DNA of 64,000 bases from a virus (lineage: Duplodnaviria; Caudoviricetes). The DNA lies in the IMG/VR virus record IMGVR_UViG_3300037075_000004, positions 20,146-84,145 of that record; one strand, written 5' to 3'. A program made the translations under genes and the position numbers. The notes below the pieces were generated by a model. The model did not search any database, was not told the DNA's origin, and was given only the letters and a program-made list of their open reading frames with translations. Positions 10,368 to 19,337 of the stretch are shown piece by piece (within the stretch, counting starts at the first letter, position 1; each line of letters starts with the position of its first letter).

Positions 10368-10859
10368 TTACGCAACCAATGCGAGGATCGCCGCCAGAGT
10401 ATGACTTACTCTTAGTCTTACAACCTTAAATCCATCATCTTCTCTTATCCATATATAGGACTGTGTAGCGGAATAGCTATCTGGTACTGCACAGGCATAA
10501 GCTATCTGCCAGATGAAGAAAGTATGAGACGCAGTACTCTCGGTGGGGTCACCCTTGGGGTAGACATTCAGTGTTATATGGGTATGGGTCATTGCCGTGT
10601 CCATATGTACAATGATCTGTGCTGCCGAATGATCGGTCTCCATATAATTAGAATCGCACCTATGGTCAAACGGGTTATCAAAAAAATACATAGATGAGTG
10701 AGCATTTGTTATGGTCGAATGATCCCGTAACCCGTCAATACCGTTAGTGTTCAATAGGTAGCTTGTGCCATTGGTGGCATCCCTTACCCTTTTTTGTCCT
10801 TTTACCTGCCACTTATAGACTGTCGCTATAAAGAGGCTTGTTGATCTGTAATGTGCCAT
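10368..10859 (-). CDS. hypothetical protein, paralog of 10873-11451
   Basis: 163 aa; shares LFIxxVYxW, AQIIxxxDTA, ITLxxYP and IAY blocks with its neighbour. Confidence 0.75.
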   Translation of the reverse strand: MAHYRSTSLFIATVYKWQVKGQKRVRDATNGTSYLLNTNGIDGLRDHSTITNAHSSMYFFDNPFDHRCDSNYMETDHSAAQIIVHMDTAMTHTHITLNVYPKGDPTESTASHTFFIWQIAYACAVPDSYSATQSYIWIREDDGFKVVRLRVSHTLAAILALVA

Positions 10860-10872
10860 TACTCAGTCCTCC

Positions 10873-11451
10873 TTAGAATTCGAACTTCAGTTTCTCGGTG
10901 GTCTCGTCTTCAAATGCCGTCTCTACGGTACTGAAGGTCGTTGAGGTAGAACCACCCCTTACAAGATCAGGAACATCTTCCAATGCCAGGTTGGTCAGTA
11001 CCTCTACTCTCTTGAAACTCCCCTTGTCGTAAACAACCCAACATTTATGGGCGGGATCGGGATTGTATCTCTCAACATAAGCAATAGACGCCCATCCAAT
11101 AGTGGTGTCAACGGTGTCCCTTAATGGAAACTTTGGCGTGCCCCATGGGTTATTAAATGGATATATTGGCAGTGTGATTGCTGTGCTTGCTGGTGCGGTA
11201 TCGGAATATGTAATTATTTGTGCCACCGTCTTGTCACATACGATTCTTGACCATCGTTCCCTGCGATCTCCGATGTTATCGGAATAGAGGAACTCAGACC
11301 CGAGGGCATTAGTTTTCAGGTCTGTAATGAAATAAGGATTCAACACAAACTCACGAAAGCCGTGTTTGGAAATATCGAGTGGTGATACTCGATTCTTGCT
11401 ATCTCGTTGATCTTCCCAGAGATAGACCTTTGTAATAAAGAGAACGCTCAT
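10873..11451 (-). CDS. hypothetical protein, paralog of 10368-10859
   Basis: 192 aa; shared blocks as above; TACCTTTG box at 11501-11508. Confidence 0.75.
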   Translation of the reverse strand: MSVLFITKVYLWEDQRDSKNRVSPLDISKHGFREFVLNPYFITDLKTNALGSEFLYSDNIGDRRERWSRIVCDKTVAQIITYSDTAPASTAITLPIYPFNNPWGTPKFPLRDTVDTTIGWASIAYVERYNPDPAHKCWVVYDKGSFKRVEVLTNLALEDVPDLVRGGSTSTTFSTVETAFEDETTEKLKFEF

Positions 11452-11520
11452 TGTTTTTTACCTTTTTAGGATGAATACATAAAAAATTACAACTATCCCA
11501 CAAAGGTAAATATTTATTTT

Positions 11521-11751
11521 TTAATGATTAAATTCAATCTTTATTAATTTCCATCGGTGTTCCTTGTCGTGATGTTCCATGCCCATAATTCTATGTGCCA
11601 ATTCCAATCCTTCCCTGCCGTCAAAAGAATGATGCTTTAATAAAACAGAAAATTCATCATCTTTATCTAATGTAGGATGACATGGGCAATTTCTTTTGGC
11701 GGAATGTCTCCTTAAATCATTAACAGGGATTATATGGAATTCATCTTTCAT
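11521..11751 (-). CDS. small Cys/His protein
   Basis: 76 aa, H-x5-CPCHP...HH motif, possible metal binding. Confidence 0.6.
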   Translation of the reverse strand: MKDEFHIIPVNDLRRHSAKRNCPCHPTLDKDDEFSVLLKHHSFDGREGLELAHRIMGMEHHDKEHRWKLIKIEFNH

Positions 11752-12250
11752 TTTCCATTTCTTTTAATCTTAATCCCTTTTCTTCAGGGAAATTTAGACA
11801 AGCGAATTCACCAAAATATTTAATTGCTGCCCTATCGTAAGCATGTGCGGCATCTATTTCGTTATTGGACACGCCTAAATATATTTGTTTTCTTTTGAAT
11901 TTTATTTTCGCATAAAAATTATTACTACATGGACATTTGAATACTCCCTTGTATTTCCTAAGTAATTTCTTATTAAATGCATTTTGTTGTTGCGTGCAAT
12001 TCCTTAAATTATATCGTTGATTATTGAGAGAATTATGGTCTATGTGATCGACTTGCATACCCTTAGGGGTACTCATTATTAACCGATGCATGTAAATAAT
12101 ATTAGACTTCCCTTTTCTTTTAATATTCCTAACAGCAACAAATTGCCCCTTGGGTTGCCTGTGTGCTGACCATTTCCATTGGTTTAACCAATCGAAATCT
12201 GCATCATCCACAAGTGCAACTTGTTCTCTTGTCAACTTAATCTCTTTCAT
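11741..12250 (-). CDS. HNH endonuclease with AP2 DNA-binding domain
   Basis: MHRLIM...VDHIDHNSLNNQRYNLRNCT (HNH), then YKGV...IYLG...AAHAYDRAAIKYFGEFACLNFP (AP2). Confidence 0.92.
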   Translation of the reverse strand: MKEIKLTREQVALVDDADFDWLNQWKWSAHRQPKGQFVAVRNIKRKGKSNIIYMHRLIMSTPKGMQVDHIDHNSLNNQRYNLRNCTQQQNAFNKKLLRKYKGVFKCPCSNNFYAKIKFKRKQIYLGVSNNEIDAAHAYDRAAIKYFGEFACLNFPEEKGLRLKEMENER

Positions 12251-12402
12251 TAATCCATACTTTAAATTTCACCATACTATAAAAGGAGGAAGAGCGTATG
12301 GTTAACTCTTGTCGGCGGCAGCCATCTCCGCCTATCCTCCACAAAAATAGTTATTTTTTATGACTTCTTGCCGCAAATATTTGCTTAATTTACGACAAGT
12401 TA

Positions 12403-12846
12403 TCAATCTAAACCACTGGCAGGTAATTCATTATCAAGGAAATTTTGCCGAACCCCCTCCGCAAAATTATCACTGGGATGGAGTCGGATATTCCGACAAA
12501 CAATTCCATTACTAAATTCATAATAAACACTGTTTGGAACTTCGGGGTGGGGTGTGATTTTAACAACACTCACATGTTCTATTCTACCGTTTCCCATATC
12601 AAGATCAATTTCATCCCCCATATTAAGACTAGATTTCTTTTCTTTCTCAAAATGTTGATTTGCATTCATTTCATAAATATCTGCATCACAGAGTAGATCA
12701 AGTCCAACATTCTTTTTCAAAAGATTGTACTCTGCGAGAAGATCATCATAGGTCTTATACCCTCGATATTTGCCCGTATCAATTAATGAAAGCAGTTCAT
12801 CTCCAACTTTCATTATTCTAATCATATTATCTGTTAATTCTCTCAT
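12403..12846 (-). CDS. hypothetical protein
   Basis: 147-aa ORF, tightly packed with the upstream gene. Confidence 0.6.
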   Translation of the reverse strand: MRELTDNMIRIMKVGDELLSLIDTGKYRGYKTYDDLLAEYNLLKKNVGLDLLCDADIYEMNANQHFEKEKKSSLNMGDEIDLDMGNGRIEHVSVVKITPHPEVPNSVYYEFSNGIVCRNIRLHPSDNFAEGVRQNFLDNELPASGLD

Positions 12847-12847
12847 A

Positions 12848-13831
12848 TTATCTACTTATTAGCTTTCCTTCTCTTTTATTGCGTTTTCTTATACTTTGGA
12901 CGGCATCCCAATTTTGTCTTATCCATACCTGTGCTACCGATAGATTATGAGAAAAATTAAGATGGTTTAGGCATTCTTCCTTTAGCGGGTTGTCAAGCAT
13001 AGTATGGACAATCCAAAGTTTGTTCCACCAATGCCAATCTTCCCTTATCGACCGAACTTTAGATATATTGTCAATATTTATTCTCTGGAAAACATGGCCA
13101 ACCTTGATATTGGGATACATCATACATTTCCCCCCGTAAACTCTCGCCTTGAGACTCAGCATTGCCTCCAGGTGCCCCCACATCCTGAATCCCCGGAACT
13201 GCTCTCCCGCTACCGTGTCAAATCCGTGCATTCTCTCATAAAATTCCCTTGTGGTGAAGTAGAATGCACCATAGACAGCATCAATCTCATAAGGTTCATC
13301 TGATTTCTTATTAGCCCACCGACAGCCTATAATTTCTCTATAATTAGGGTCTTTTCTTAGTTCTGAATTCTTTGGCAGGTCGTCAACTGTCATCGTCCAT
13401 GTGATAGTTGCCCCGTATCTATGATATAATCCCTCTTGTGCGATGTCATAATTGCCCGGTTGGAGCCCTACGGAGCAAGCACACCCCATTTCATTCGATT
13501 TAAGGGCATTTTTAAGCGATTTAAGCCACTTTCCCCTCTCGGGGTATATATCAGCCCCACTTATGACGATAATGTCTCCTGACGCATCTTTCACGCATCG
13601 GTCAATGCCATATCCCACACCCCATCTTTTATCGGAATTTAGGATAATTGTGTTATGCCAAGGGATTTGTTCGTCTATGATGTACTTTGGCGAGCCGTCA
13701 TCATTCATGCTTCCGTCATTCCATATCACGATCTGCAAATCGGAGTGTTTCTGTCCGTAGGTAAGATTTTCTATGACATTCCAAAGACTTTTGTCATCTT
13801 CGTTGAGGCAAGGGATACAGACGGAAATCAT
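12848..13831 (-). CDS. GT-A glycosyltransferase resembling polypeptide GalNAc-transferases (GT2/GT27-like)
   Basis: ISVCIPCLNE, IVIWNDGS, SGAD, then YGAFYF...GFD...MWGHLEAMLSLKARVYGG...P...VGHVF. Confidence 0.8.
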   Translation of the reverse strand: MISVCIPCLNEDDKSLWNVIENLTYGQKHSDLQIVIWNDGSMNDDGSPKYIIDEQIPWHNTIILNSDKRWGVGYGIDRCVKDASGDIIVISGADIYPERGKWLKSLKNALKSNEMGCACSVGLQPGNYDIAQEGLYHRYGATITWTMTVDDLPKNSELRKDPNYREIIGCRWANKKSDEPYEIDAVYGAFYFTTREFYERMHGFDTVAGEQFRGFRMWGHLEAMLSLKARVYGGKCMMYPNIKVGHVFQRINIDNISKVRSIREDWHWWNKLWIVHTMLDNPLKEECLNHLNFSHNLSVAQVWIRQNWDAVQSIRKRNKREGKLISR

Positions 13832-14046
13832 GTGCCTACCTCCCTGATATTTTTTGGTCTAACTTGATATTCCTCTCCCTTGTTATCAATCACAACGCAC
13901 ATACCACCCTTGGTTATTCTATCTAATTTCAATGGCGTTTTATTATGGATAAACATCTTTAAATCTCCCCGCACCATCATGTCCCCATCTGGGGCTATAT
14001 AGACCATACTACCCACGGCTTGATTCACAAAATCCATTGTTTTCAT
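13828..14046 (-). CDS. hypothetical protein
   Basis: 72 aa, overlaps the next gene by 4 nt. Confidence 0.55.
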   Translation of the reverse strand: MKTMDFVNQAVGSMVYIAPDGDMMVRGDLKMFIHNKTPLKLDRITKGGMCVVIDNKGEEYQVRPKNIREVGT

Positions 14047-14076
14047 TTTCTTTCTATTATTGCAACAATATTTACT

Positions 14077-14304
14077 TTAGCGGGATTTGCCGACCTTTTT
14101 CCCTTTTTTCTCTAACTGATGATACCTATGCCATGTACTACTTGCATCGCTATCATAAAAGTACCCCCAACTACTCTGGGTAGCGAATTTGGTACCACAA
14201 TTCCGACATTCAATCCACGATTCGTGGGTGCAATCTCCATGACCATAATCATTTCTATAGTTGAGATATATCTCCCCTCCGCATAATACACAAGTCTCTT
14301 TCAT
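14077..14304 (-). CDS. small zinc-ribbon protein
   Basis: CVLCG...C...CRNCG pattern. Confidence 0.6.
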   Translation of the reverse strand: MKETCVLCGGEIYLNYRNDYGHGDCTHESWIECRNCGTKFATQSSWGYFYDSDASSTWHRYHQLEKKGKKVGKSR

Positions 14305-15104
14305 GTTTTCCTATTTAAGATTGCAACAATATTTTTCCGTTGAATACACCAATACAACTTATCATCAAATTTACTATTCCATGTCGTTCTTTCAAGAAGA
14401 AACGGAACCGATTTCCGATCAAACAAAACTAAATCTCCTATTTTTAGGTCTTTAAAATCAATAAGTTCTGGAAATCTATAGCGGGCATTAGGTTTGCCAA
14501 GATACCGCACAACACCTCTATCTTGATAGATTTTGTCTTCGCTTATCACATCGAGATCGGATAGCTTGGGTTTGGCAACTTGTGTGCAGAGGATATAGCC
14601 ATTTAGAGTGAAGATATCTTCCCTTCTATCTTCCACATATTTATCGGAATATGTAATAGGGTCTAATTTATAGTAATTTCGTGTTACGCCAATTAATCGC
14701 TTTGAAACGTAGATATCCTGATAATTTATCAATTTGTATTCTTCGCCTTCACAAACAAGAGTAAGAGAATTTAGAGCGTCGATTGGATTGGTAAAGATTA
14801 TATCTCCTTCCTGTAACTCTTGCGTGGTCTCCCAATCCATGCTTTTAGGGTCTTCGGGATTGAAATAAAGGCTCTTGGGGGTTTTATAGACTATGAGTGA
14901 AGTCTCCGCAAGATCGGCAACGTGCGAGCTTGTGTCCTTGCCATCCTCAGAAGCGTAGGTATTTTCATTATTAAATCCCACGACTATCCCTGCCTTTGTT
15001 TTCGCCCCCTCGTTGCTATAGTATGCCCGGCAGAGAACATGATTACTCAGCACCTCGCCATTGTCGAGTTCACTTCTCGATATCTCCTTCTTTGGGTTCT
15101 CCAT
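14301..15104 (-). CDS. tandem GroES-like co-chaperonin
   Basis: Two GroES-like halves: NHVLCR...KTKAGIVV...LQEGDIIF...EGEEYKLINYQDI and GYILC...GVVRYLG...LKIGDLVLF...IQRKNIVAI. Confidence 0.65.
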   Translation of the reverse strand: MENPKKEISRSELDNGEVLSNHVLCRAYYSNEGAKTKAGIVVGFNNENTYASEDGKDTSSHVADLAETSLIVYKTPKSLYFNPEDPKSMDWETTQELQEGDIIFTNPIDALNSLTLVCEGEEYKLINYQDIYVSKRLIGVTRNYYKLDPITYSDKYVEDRREDIFTLNGYILCTQVAKPKLSDLDVISEDKIYQDRGVVRYLGKPNARYRFPELIDFKDLKIGDLVLFDRKSVPFLLERTTWNSKFDDKLYWCIQRKNIVAILNRKT

Positions 15105-15294
15105 GAGGAATATTTCTAATTTTTACATTATAGGTTGTCATGGGAGATATAAGATGTTTTACTTCATCCCTTAGGACATCCAATTCTCGATCAGTGTCTA
15201 TTCTATCCCATTTCCCAAATAATCCAATTTTGTATTCAAGAAGCCAAAACTTTCCACCACTCAAAATAATCGGTTTAATTCTGTACTTTGTCAT
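15070..15294 (-). CDS. hypothetical protein
   Basis: 74-aa ORF in a packed operon. Confidence 0.5.
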   Translation of the reverse strand: MTKYRIKPIILSGGKFWLLEYKIGLFGKWDRIDTDRELDVLRDEVKHLISPMTTYNVKIRNIPHGEPKEGDIEK

Positions 15295-15565
15295 CTTTTT
15301 CTTTTTTCTTTTCTATAGGTCTGTAAAATAAATCTATCTTTAGCGGGCTATATCCTACCGTCATCCTCGACCCATCATCGTAATACACAAATATCCGATC
15401 CTTCGTTATCGCCATCGCCATCTTCTCAATAAGGGTAGTACCTCCCTTATGGGACGGTACAGGATTGCCCACCATGTAATATACATCATGGATGGTCAGT
15501 CCTCCTCTCTGCTCTCCTTTGATGAGAATGGCGTATAGTTCTTCTCGGACTTTGGCGGGACTCAT
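15275..15565 (-). CDS. hypothetical protein
   Basis: 96-aa ORF in a packed operon. Confidence 0.55.
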   Translation of the reverse strand: MSPAKVREELYAILIKGEQRGGLTIHDVYYMVGNPVPSHKGGTTLIEKMAMAITKDRIFVYYDDGSRMTVGYSPLKIDLFYRPIEKKKEKDDKVQN

Positions 15566-15728
15566 TGGATATATGCTATCGCACTAGTGTTGATAATGAT
15601 ATCTCCCCCTTCTTCATTACCTGAGTATATCCATTTAAGGTTTTCCTGTGCAGAGACGGCCTCCTTAATCTGCTCGAATAAGTCATCGGAAATTTTAATT
15701 TCCTGTTTGTTTTTTAATACTATCTTTT

Positions 15729-16415
15729 TCATAATGTGTCAAGTATTTGTTTTTCCTCATCTGATAATATGTCATAGAACTTTTGCGGGTCTTCCGCATC
15801 CTTTATCTTGCTCATCCAGAGCGTGATTTTGTTTAGTGACTCAAAATTTTTGACATCCACTACCATGCCATCCGCAATAGTCCTTGTTTTTATATAAGGC
15901 AGCATATTTTTTAGGCAGTCCCCATCCATTGCCCAACTGCGGTCTTTCGTCCATAGCTTACCAACCTTTTCGATAATCCTCCGGTTGATACATCTTCCTA
16001 CGCCCAATGGTTGAGTAGTTACAAACTTCCGCAGGTTCCCCCTGAACTTACCATCCCCGCCATAGAACCAAACTTCTGTTAGACATACAAGGTCTACCCC
16101 AAACTCCATCTTTGCTATCATGTTACGCATGAGTGCCGTGCTAAAGATATCATCACTTCCGCTCACCACCACATAATCTACTCCCTGTCCCATAAGATAG
16201 TCTACTCCTGTATTCCATTTGCGGGATGCCGGATGGTTATCTTGGGTGATATGGTGACAATGATAGGATTCCACGAGGTCTTTGTGTTCTGCATCCCCTA
16301 CCACAACAACGGGTATGAATATTTCTAATTGCTCTCGCAGGCGCTTAATAGAAGCCAACCAAAGCCTAAGAATCTGTGTTCTACGGTAACTGATGGTGAC
16401 GATCCCGAAGGTCAT
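15729..16415 (-). CDS. GT2-family glycosyltransferase
   Basis: IVTISYRR, KWNTG, VVSGSDD (DxD-like). Confidence 0.75.
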   Translation of the reverse strand: MTFGIVTISYRRTQILRLWLASIKRLREQLEIFIPVVVVGDAEHKDLVESYHCHHITQDNHPASRKWNTGVDYLMGQGVDYVVVSGSDDIFSTALMRNMIAKMEFGVDLVCLTEVWFYGGDGKFRGNLRKFVTTQPLGVGRCINRRIIEKVGKLWTKDRSWAMDGDCLKNMLPYIKTRTIADGMVVDVKNFESLNKITLWMSKIKDAEDPQKFYDILSDEEKQILDTL

Positions 16416-16416
16416 A

Positions 16417-16656
16417 TTATTTAATTCGTACTGCCGAAGTTATTTTATCATAATTCCCCTTTACTGTTACATATAAAATACTGTCGCCCTGCACCACAAT
16501 ATAACGCCATGATTCATCTGGAAGGGGGAACACCTTTGCGTTGGGAAATTTCTCGCAAACCGTTTGCATACATTTAGAATTATCCATATCATTACATGCC
16601 ATTAAAAACATAAATGATGCAACCGACAAGAGTACTAAGAAAATTTTAGTTTTCAT
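16417..16656 (-). CDS. small lipoprotein
   Basis: Basic N-terminus, hydrophobic core, lipobox-like LMAC. Confidence 0.6.
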   Translation of the reverse strand: MKTKIFLVLLSVASFMFLMACNDMDNSKCMQTVCEKFPNAKVFPLPDESWRYIVVQGDSILYVTVKGNYDKITSAVRIK

Positions 16657-16715
16657 AATTTTAAATTTTGATTACCCAACAAATGTAGAACATATTAATT
16701 TAAAAAACAAGTATT

Positions 16716-17165
16716 TTATGATTTATTTTTTGTTAAGTAATCTATAGCCTTATATAATATATCTACATTATCTTTCGCCCCACCTAAAAGAATATTACAT
16801 GTATGACAAAGTAATCCCCTTGTTTTTCCTGTATTGTGGTCGTGATCTACATGCAACATTCTTCTCTTTCCGATGGGATGTGCACCACATATAGCACAAC
16901 ACCCACATTGTTTATTGAATAGTTCATTATATTGGTTTAATGTCATCCCAAAATAGGTTTTAATCAGATGATATTCAAATCTCTTATCTGGGTTTTCCTT
17001 AATCCATTTTTTCCTATACTTAGAGGCTTCTTCTTTATGCGATTGATAATATGCCTTGGCATTAGCGTTTTTCTTTTCCTTAAATTTTTGATAGTATATC
17101 CTACTAAGAATCCTTATTCCCTCCATCTTTTCCTCTCTCGTAAAATATTTGCGTTTTCTCCCCAT
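16716..17165 (-). CDS. endonuclease VII-type (His-Me finger) nuclease
   Basis: CAICG...LHVDHDHNTGKTRGLLCHTCNILLG. Confidence 0.9.
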   Translation of the reverse strand: MGRKRKYFTREEKMEGIRILSRIYYQKFKEKKNANAKAYYQSHKEEASKYRKKWIKENPDKRFEYHLIKTYFGMTLNQYNELFNKQCGCCAICGAHPIGKRRMLHVDHDHNTGKTRGLLCHTCNILLGGAKDNVDILYKAIDYLTKNKS

Positions 17166-17379
17166 ATCTTATTATTATTTATAATTAATCGACAATTTCA
17201 GTACGCTACTTTTTGTTTTGGGGAAGAGCAAGGTATGAGAAAACCCCTTTTCGATGTCGGCAATGAATCCATGCTGTGGAGAGAAAGCCAACCCTACTTC
17301 GGGGTCTGTTTTTTCATCTATGTTTTTAAAACTCTTTTGCATGGACTCATTTTAACCATGCAAAGGTACAACTTATTTT

Positions 17380-17649
17380 TTAATCGAATAATTTTGCATT
17401 CATGGAGTCTATAATATCCTCCAAATCGTCTTTTAACTTTTGTGCTTGGCTTTTAAGGATTGTCACGGAATTATTATGCCACCCCTCCTTCTCTGCCTTG
17501 GGGTCTTCGTCTGGATTCCATCCCCATGAAAGTTTAATTATGGGTTCGCTATCTTCCTTTTTGCCGTTTTTTCTGCCCGTGTCCTTTACATTGATATTCC
17601 AAAATATATCATTGAAGTCCACTTTTACATAACCATCATTTTCTTCCAT
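17380..17649 (-). CDS. hypothetical protein
   Basis: 89-aa acidic ORF. Confidence 0.55.
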   Translation of the reverse strand: MEENDGYVKVDFNDIFWNINVKDTGRKNGKKEDSEPIIKLSWGWNPDEDPKAEKEGWHNNSVTILKSQAQKLKDDLEDIIDSMNAKLFD

Positions 17650-17665
17650 TTTATTTTATATAGGT

Positions 17666-18646
17666 TTAAATTGAATCTTTAGGCGGTTTTATGAATCCCA
17701 CTGGGTCTTCTTTTGTGTTCTTGAGCACTCTCGTACTGAGGATGCCCGATACCTCTTCAAATGCCTCATCATGCGAATATCCCAACACGAAAACCGACAA
17801 GAGATATTCTTTCAAGTGATCTATTGTAAACCCCTCCGTCTTATCCACAAGATCATTTACATTTATAGAACTCAGGTCGGCTCTTTGTAGCTTATGTTCT
17901 ATATAGTATCTCCGTGTCTCGGCATTGGGTTTGCCAACCTCATATCGCCTGTCGAATCTGCTCGGTCTGTTGGTTATCCTCTCCACGAGCTTTTCAGGGT
18001 AATTGGTGGTGGCTATGGTCACTATCCCATCACAACTTCCCACGCCATCAAGGAAGTTGAGTAACAATGTCTCAGACCATGAACCGTCCTTCCCCACAAA
18101 AGAATCTATATCCTCAAGTACTACTATAATTCTCTTGTCGGGTTCGATATCTTTGATGTGTGGCAATATCTTCATTGTCCAGTTTATCTGATCCTCGTTC
18201 TGCGGAATAAATACTACCCCATTATAGTTAGATATAAGTTCTTTGGCGAGCAACATAATCACAGACGACTTTCCACATCCGGCAATACCATAGAGCAAGA
18301 TACCTCTCTTGTAGACGCTCTTATATTTTGCATACTTATCCCGATTCTTCCAAAAAGACCGTACATCTGTTAGCACCCGATCAAGGATCGGCGTAGGCAA
18401 CACAAGTAACTCATCTATGTCAATATTTTTGCTTATAGGTATGCCCATGCTCATATCCGAATCCCATTCAGTATTGTACACGCCCGGAGGTAGTATGTGT
18501 GTTGTCGCCCCTATGGGTGCAAGTTTATTACCTTTATATAGCCATTGTACATATCCTGACTTTATTGCTGCAATATTGCTCCTATTCATTTCTGCTTCTT
18601 TCTTGACCGCCTCTTCTTTGGCTATTCTTTCTGGTTTTGATTCCAT
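17666..18646 (-). CDS. AAA+ ATPase
   Basis: GILLYGIAGCGKS, VVLEDID, LLNFLDG, IATTNYPE, RPSRFDR. Confidence 0.92.
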   Translation of the reverse strand: MESKPERIAKEEAVKKEAEMNRSNIAAIKSGYVQWLYKGNKLAPIGATTHILPPGVYNTEWDSDMSMGIPISKNIDIDELLVLPTPILDRVLTDVRSFWKNRDKYAKYKSVYKRGILLYGIAGCGKSSVIMLLAKELISNYNGVVFIPQNEDQINWTMKILPHIKDIEPDKRIIVVLEDIDSFVGKDGSWSETLLLNFLDGVGSCDGIVTIATTNYPEKLVERITNRPSRFDRRYEVGKPNAETRRYYIEHKLQRADLSSINVNDLVDKTEGFTIDHLKEYLLSVFVLGYSHDEAFEEVSGILSTRVLKNTKEDPVGFIKPPKDSI

Positions 18647-18647
18647 A

Positions 18648-19337
18648 TTATTTTATATAAGTTCTCATCACTTCTATGTGCTTAGAATAATCTCTTGTAG
18701 ATTTCCATATGGTCTCTCCTTTGGGCGGGATGTACTGTACATACTGTCCTGCGTTATGTTTTAAGACTACCATTGGCACGCCCTGGTCACTTGCCGTCTT
18801 GCTCAGATACACATCAGCCATGTTCTTGGAATGGAAATCACTAAGTGTGATATCCAATCTGTCAGTATGGAAACAGCAACATCCGCTTCCTATAAGGTTC
18901 ACAGGGACGTCCTCGCTGACAGTATTAAGACATCGGTATGCCCCCGCCCATCTGCGGAAGTCCGTCACGGGAGGAAGATAGGTGCGACCATGTAGACTCA
19001 CCAACCCGTTATACCTGTCGACCCCGCTAATGAGATAATCTATTGTACCTGGTAAGCATATCAAGTCATCATCCCATCCTATATAATAACCATCCTCGAC
19101 TTTTCCTACCATGGCGAACTTCTGAGCATCGCCCTGCTTATTGTCCGTTGACCACCAAAAAATATTAGAGTATTTATCTAAGAACTTTTGGGCGGTTACT
19201 TCACCATAGTTTAATGACACAAATATTTGATCTGCCTGCCCCACTAGAGAATCGAGTACTCTCTCCAAACTTTCGCTTCTTGACGATATGGTTGCTATGC
19301 CAACGGTTCTCATCTTTTTAGGTAATAATCGTACCAA
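18648..19337 (-). CDS. GT-A glycosyltransferase
   Basis: GIATISSR, YYIGWDDDL, GSGCCCF, MADV. Confidence 0.75.
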   Translation of the reverse strand: MVRLLPKKMRTVGIATISSRSESLERVLDSLVGQADQIFVSLNYGEVTAQKFLDKYSNIFWWSTDNKQGDAQKFAMVGKVEDGYYIGWDDDLICLPGTIDYLISGVDRYNGLVSLHGRTYLPPVTDFRRWAGAYRCLNTVSEDVPVNLIGSGCCCFHTDRLDITLSDFHSKNMADVYLSKTASDQGVPMVVLKHNAGQYVQYIPPKGETIWKSTRDYSKHIEVMRTYIK

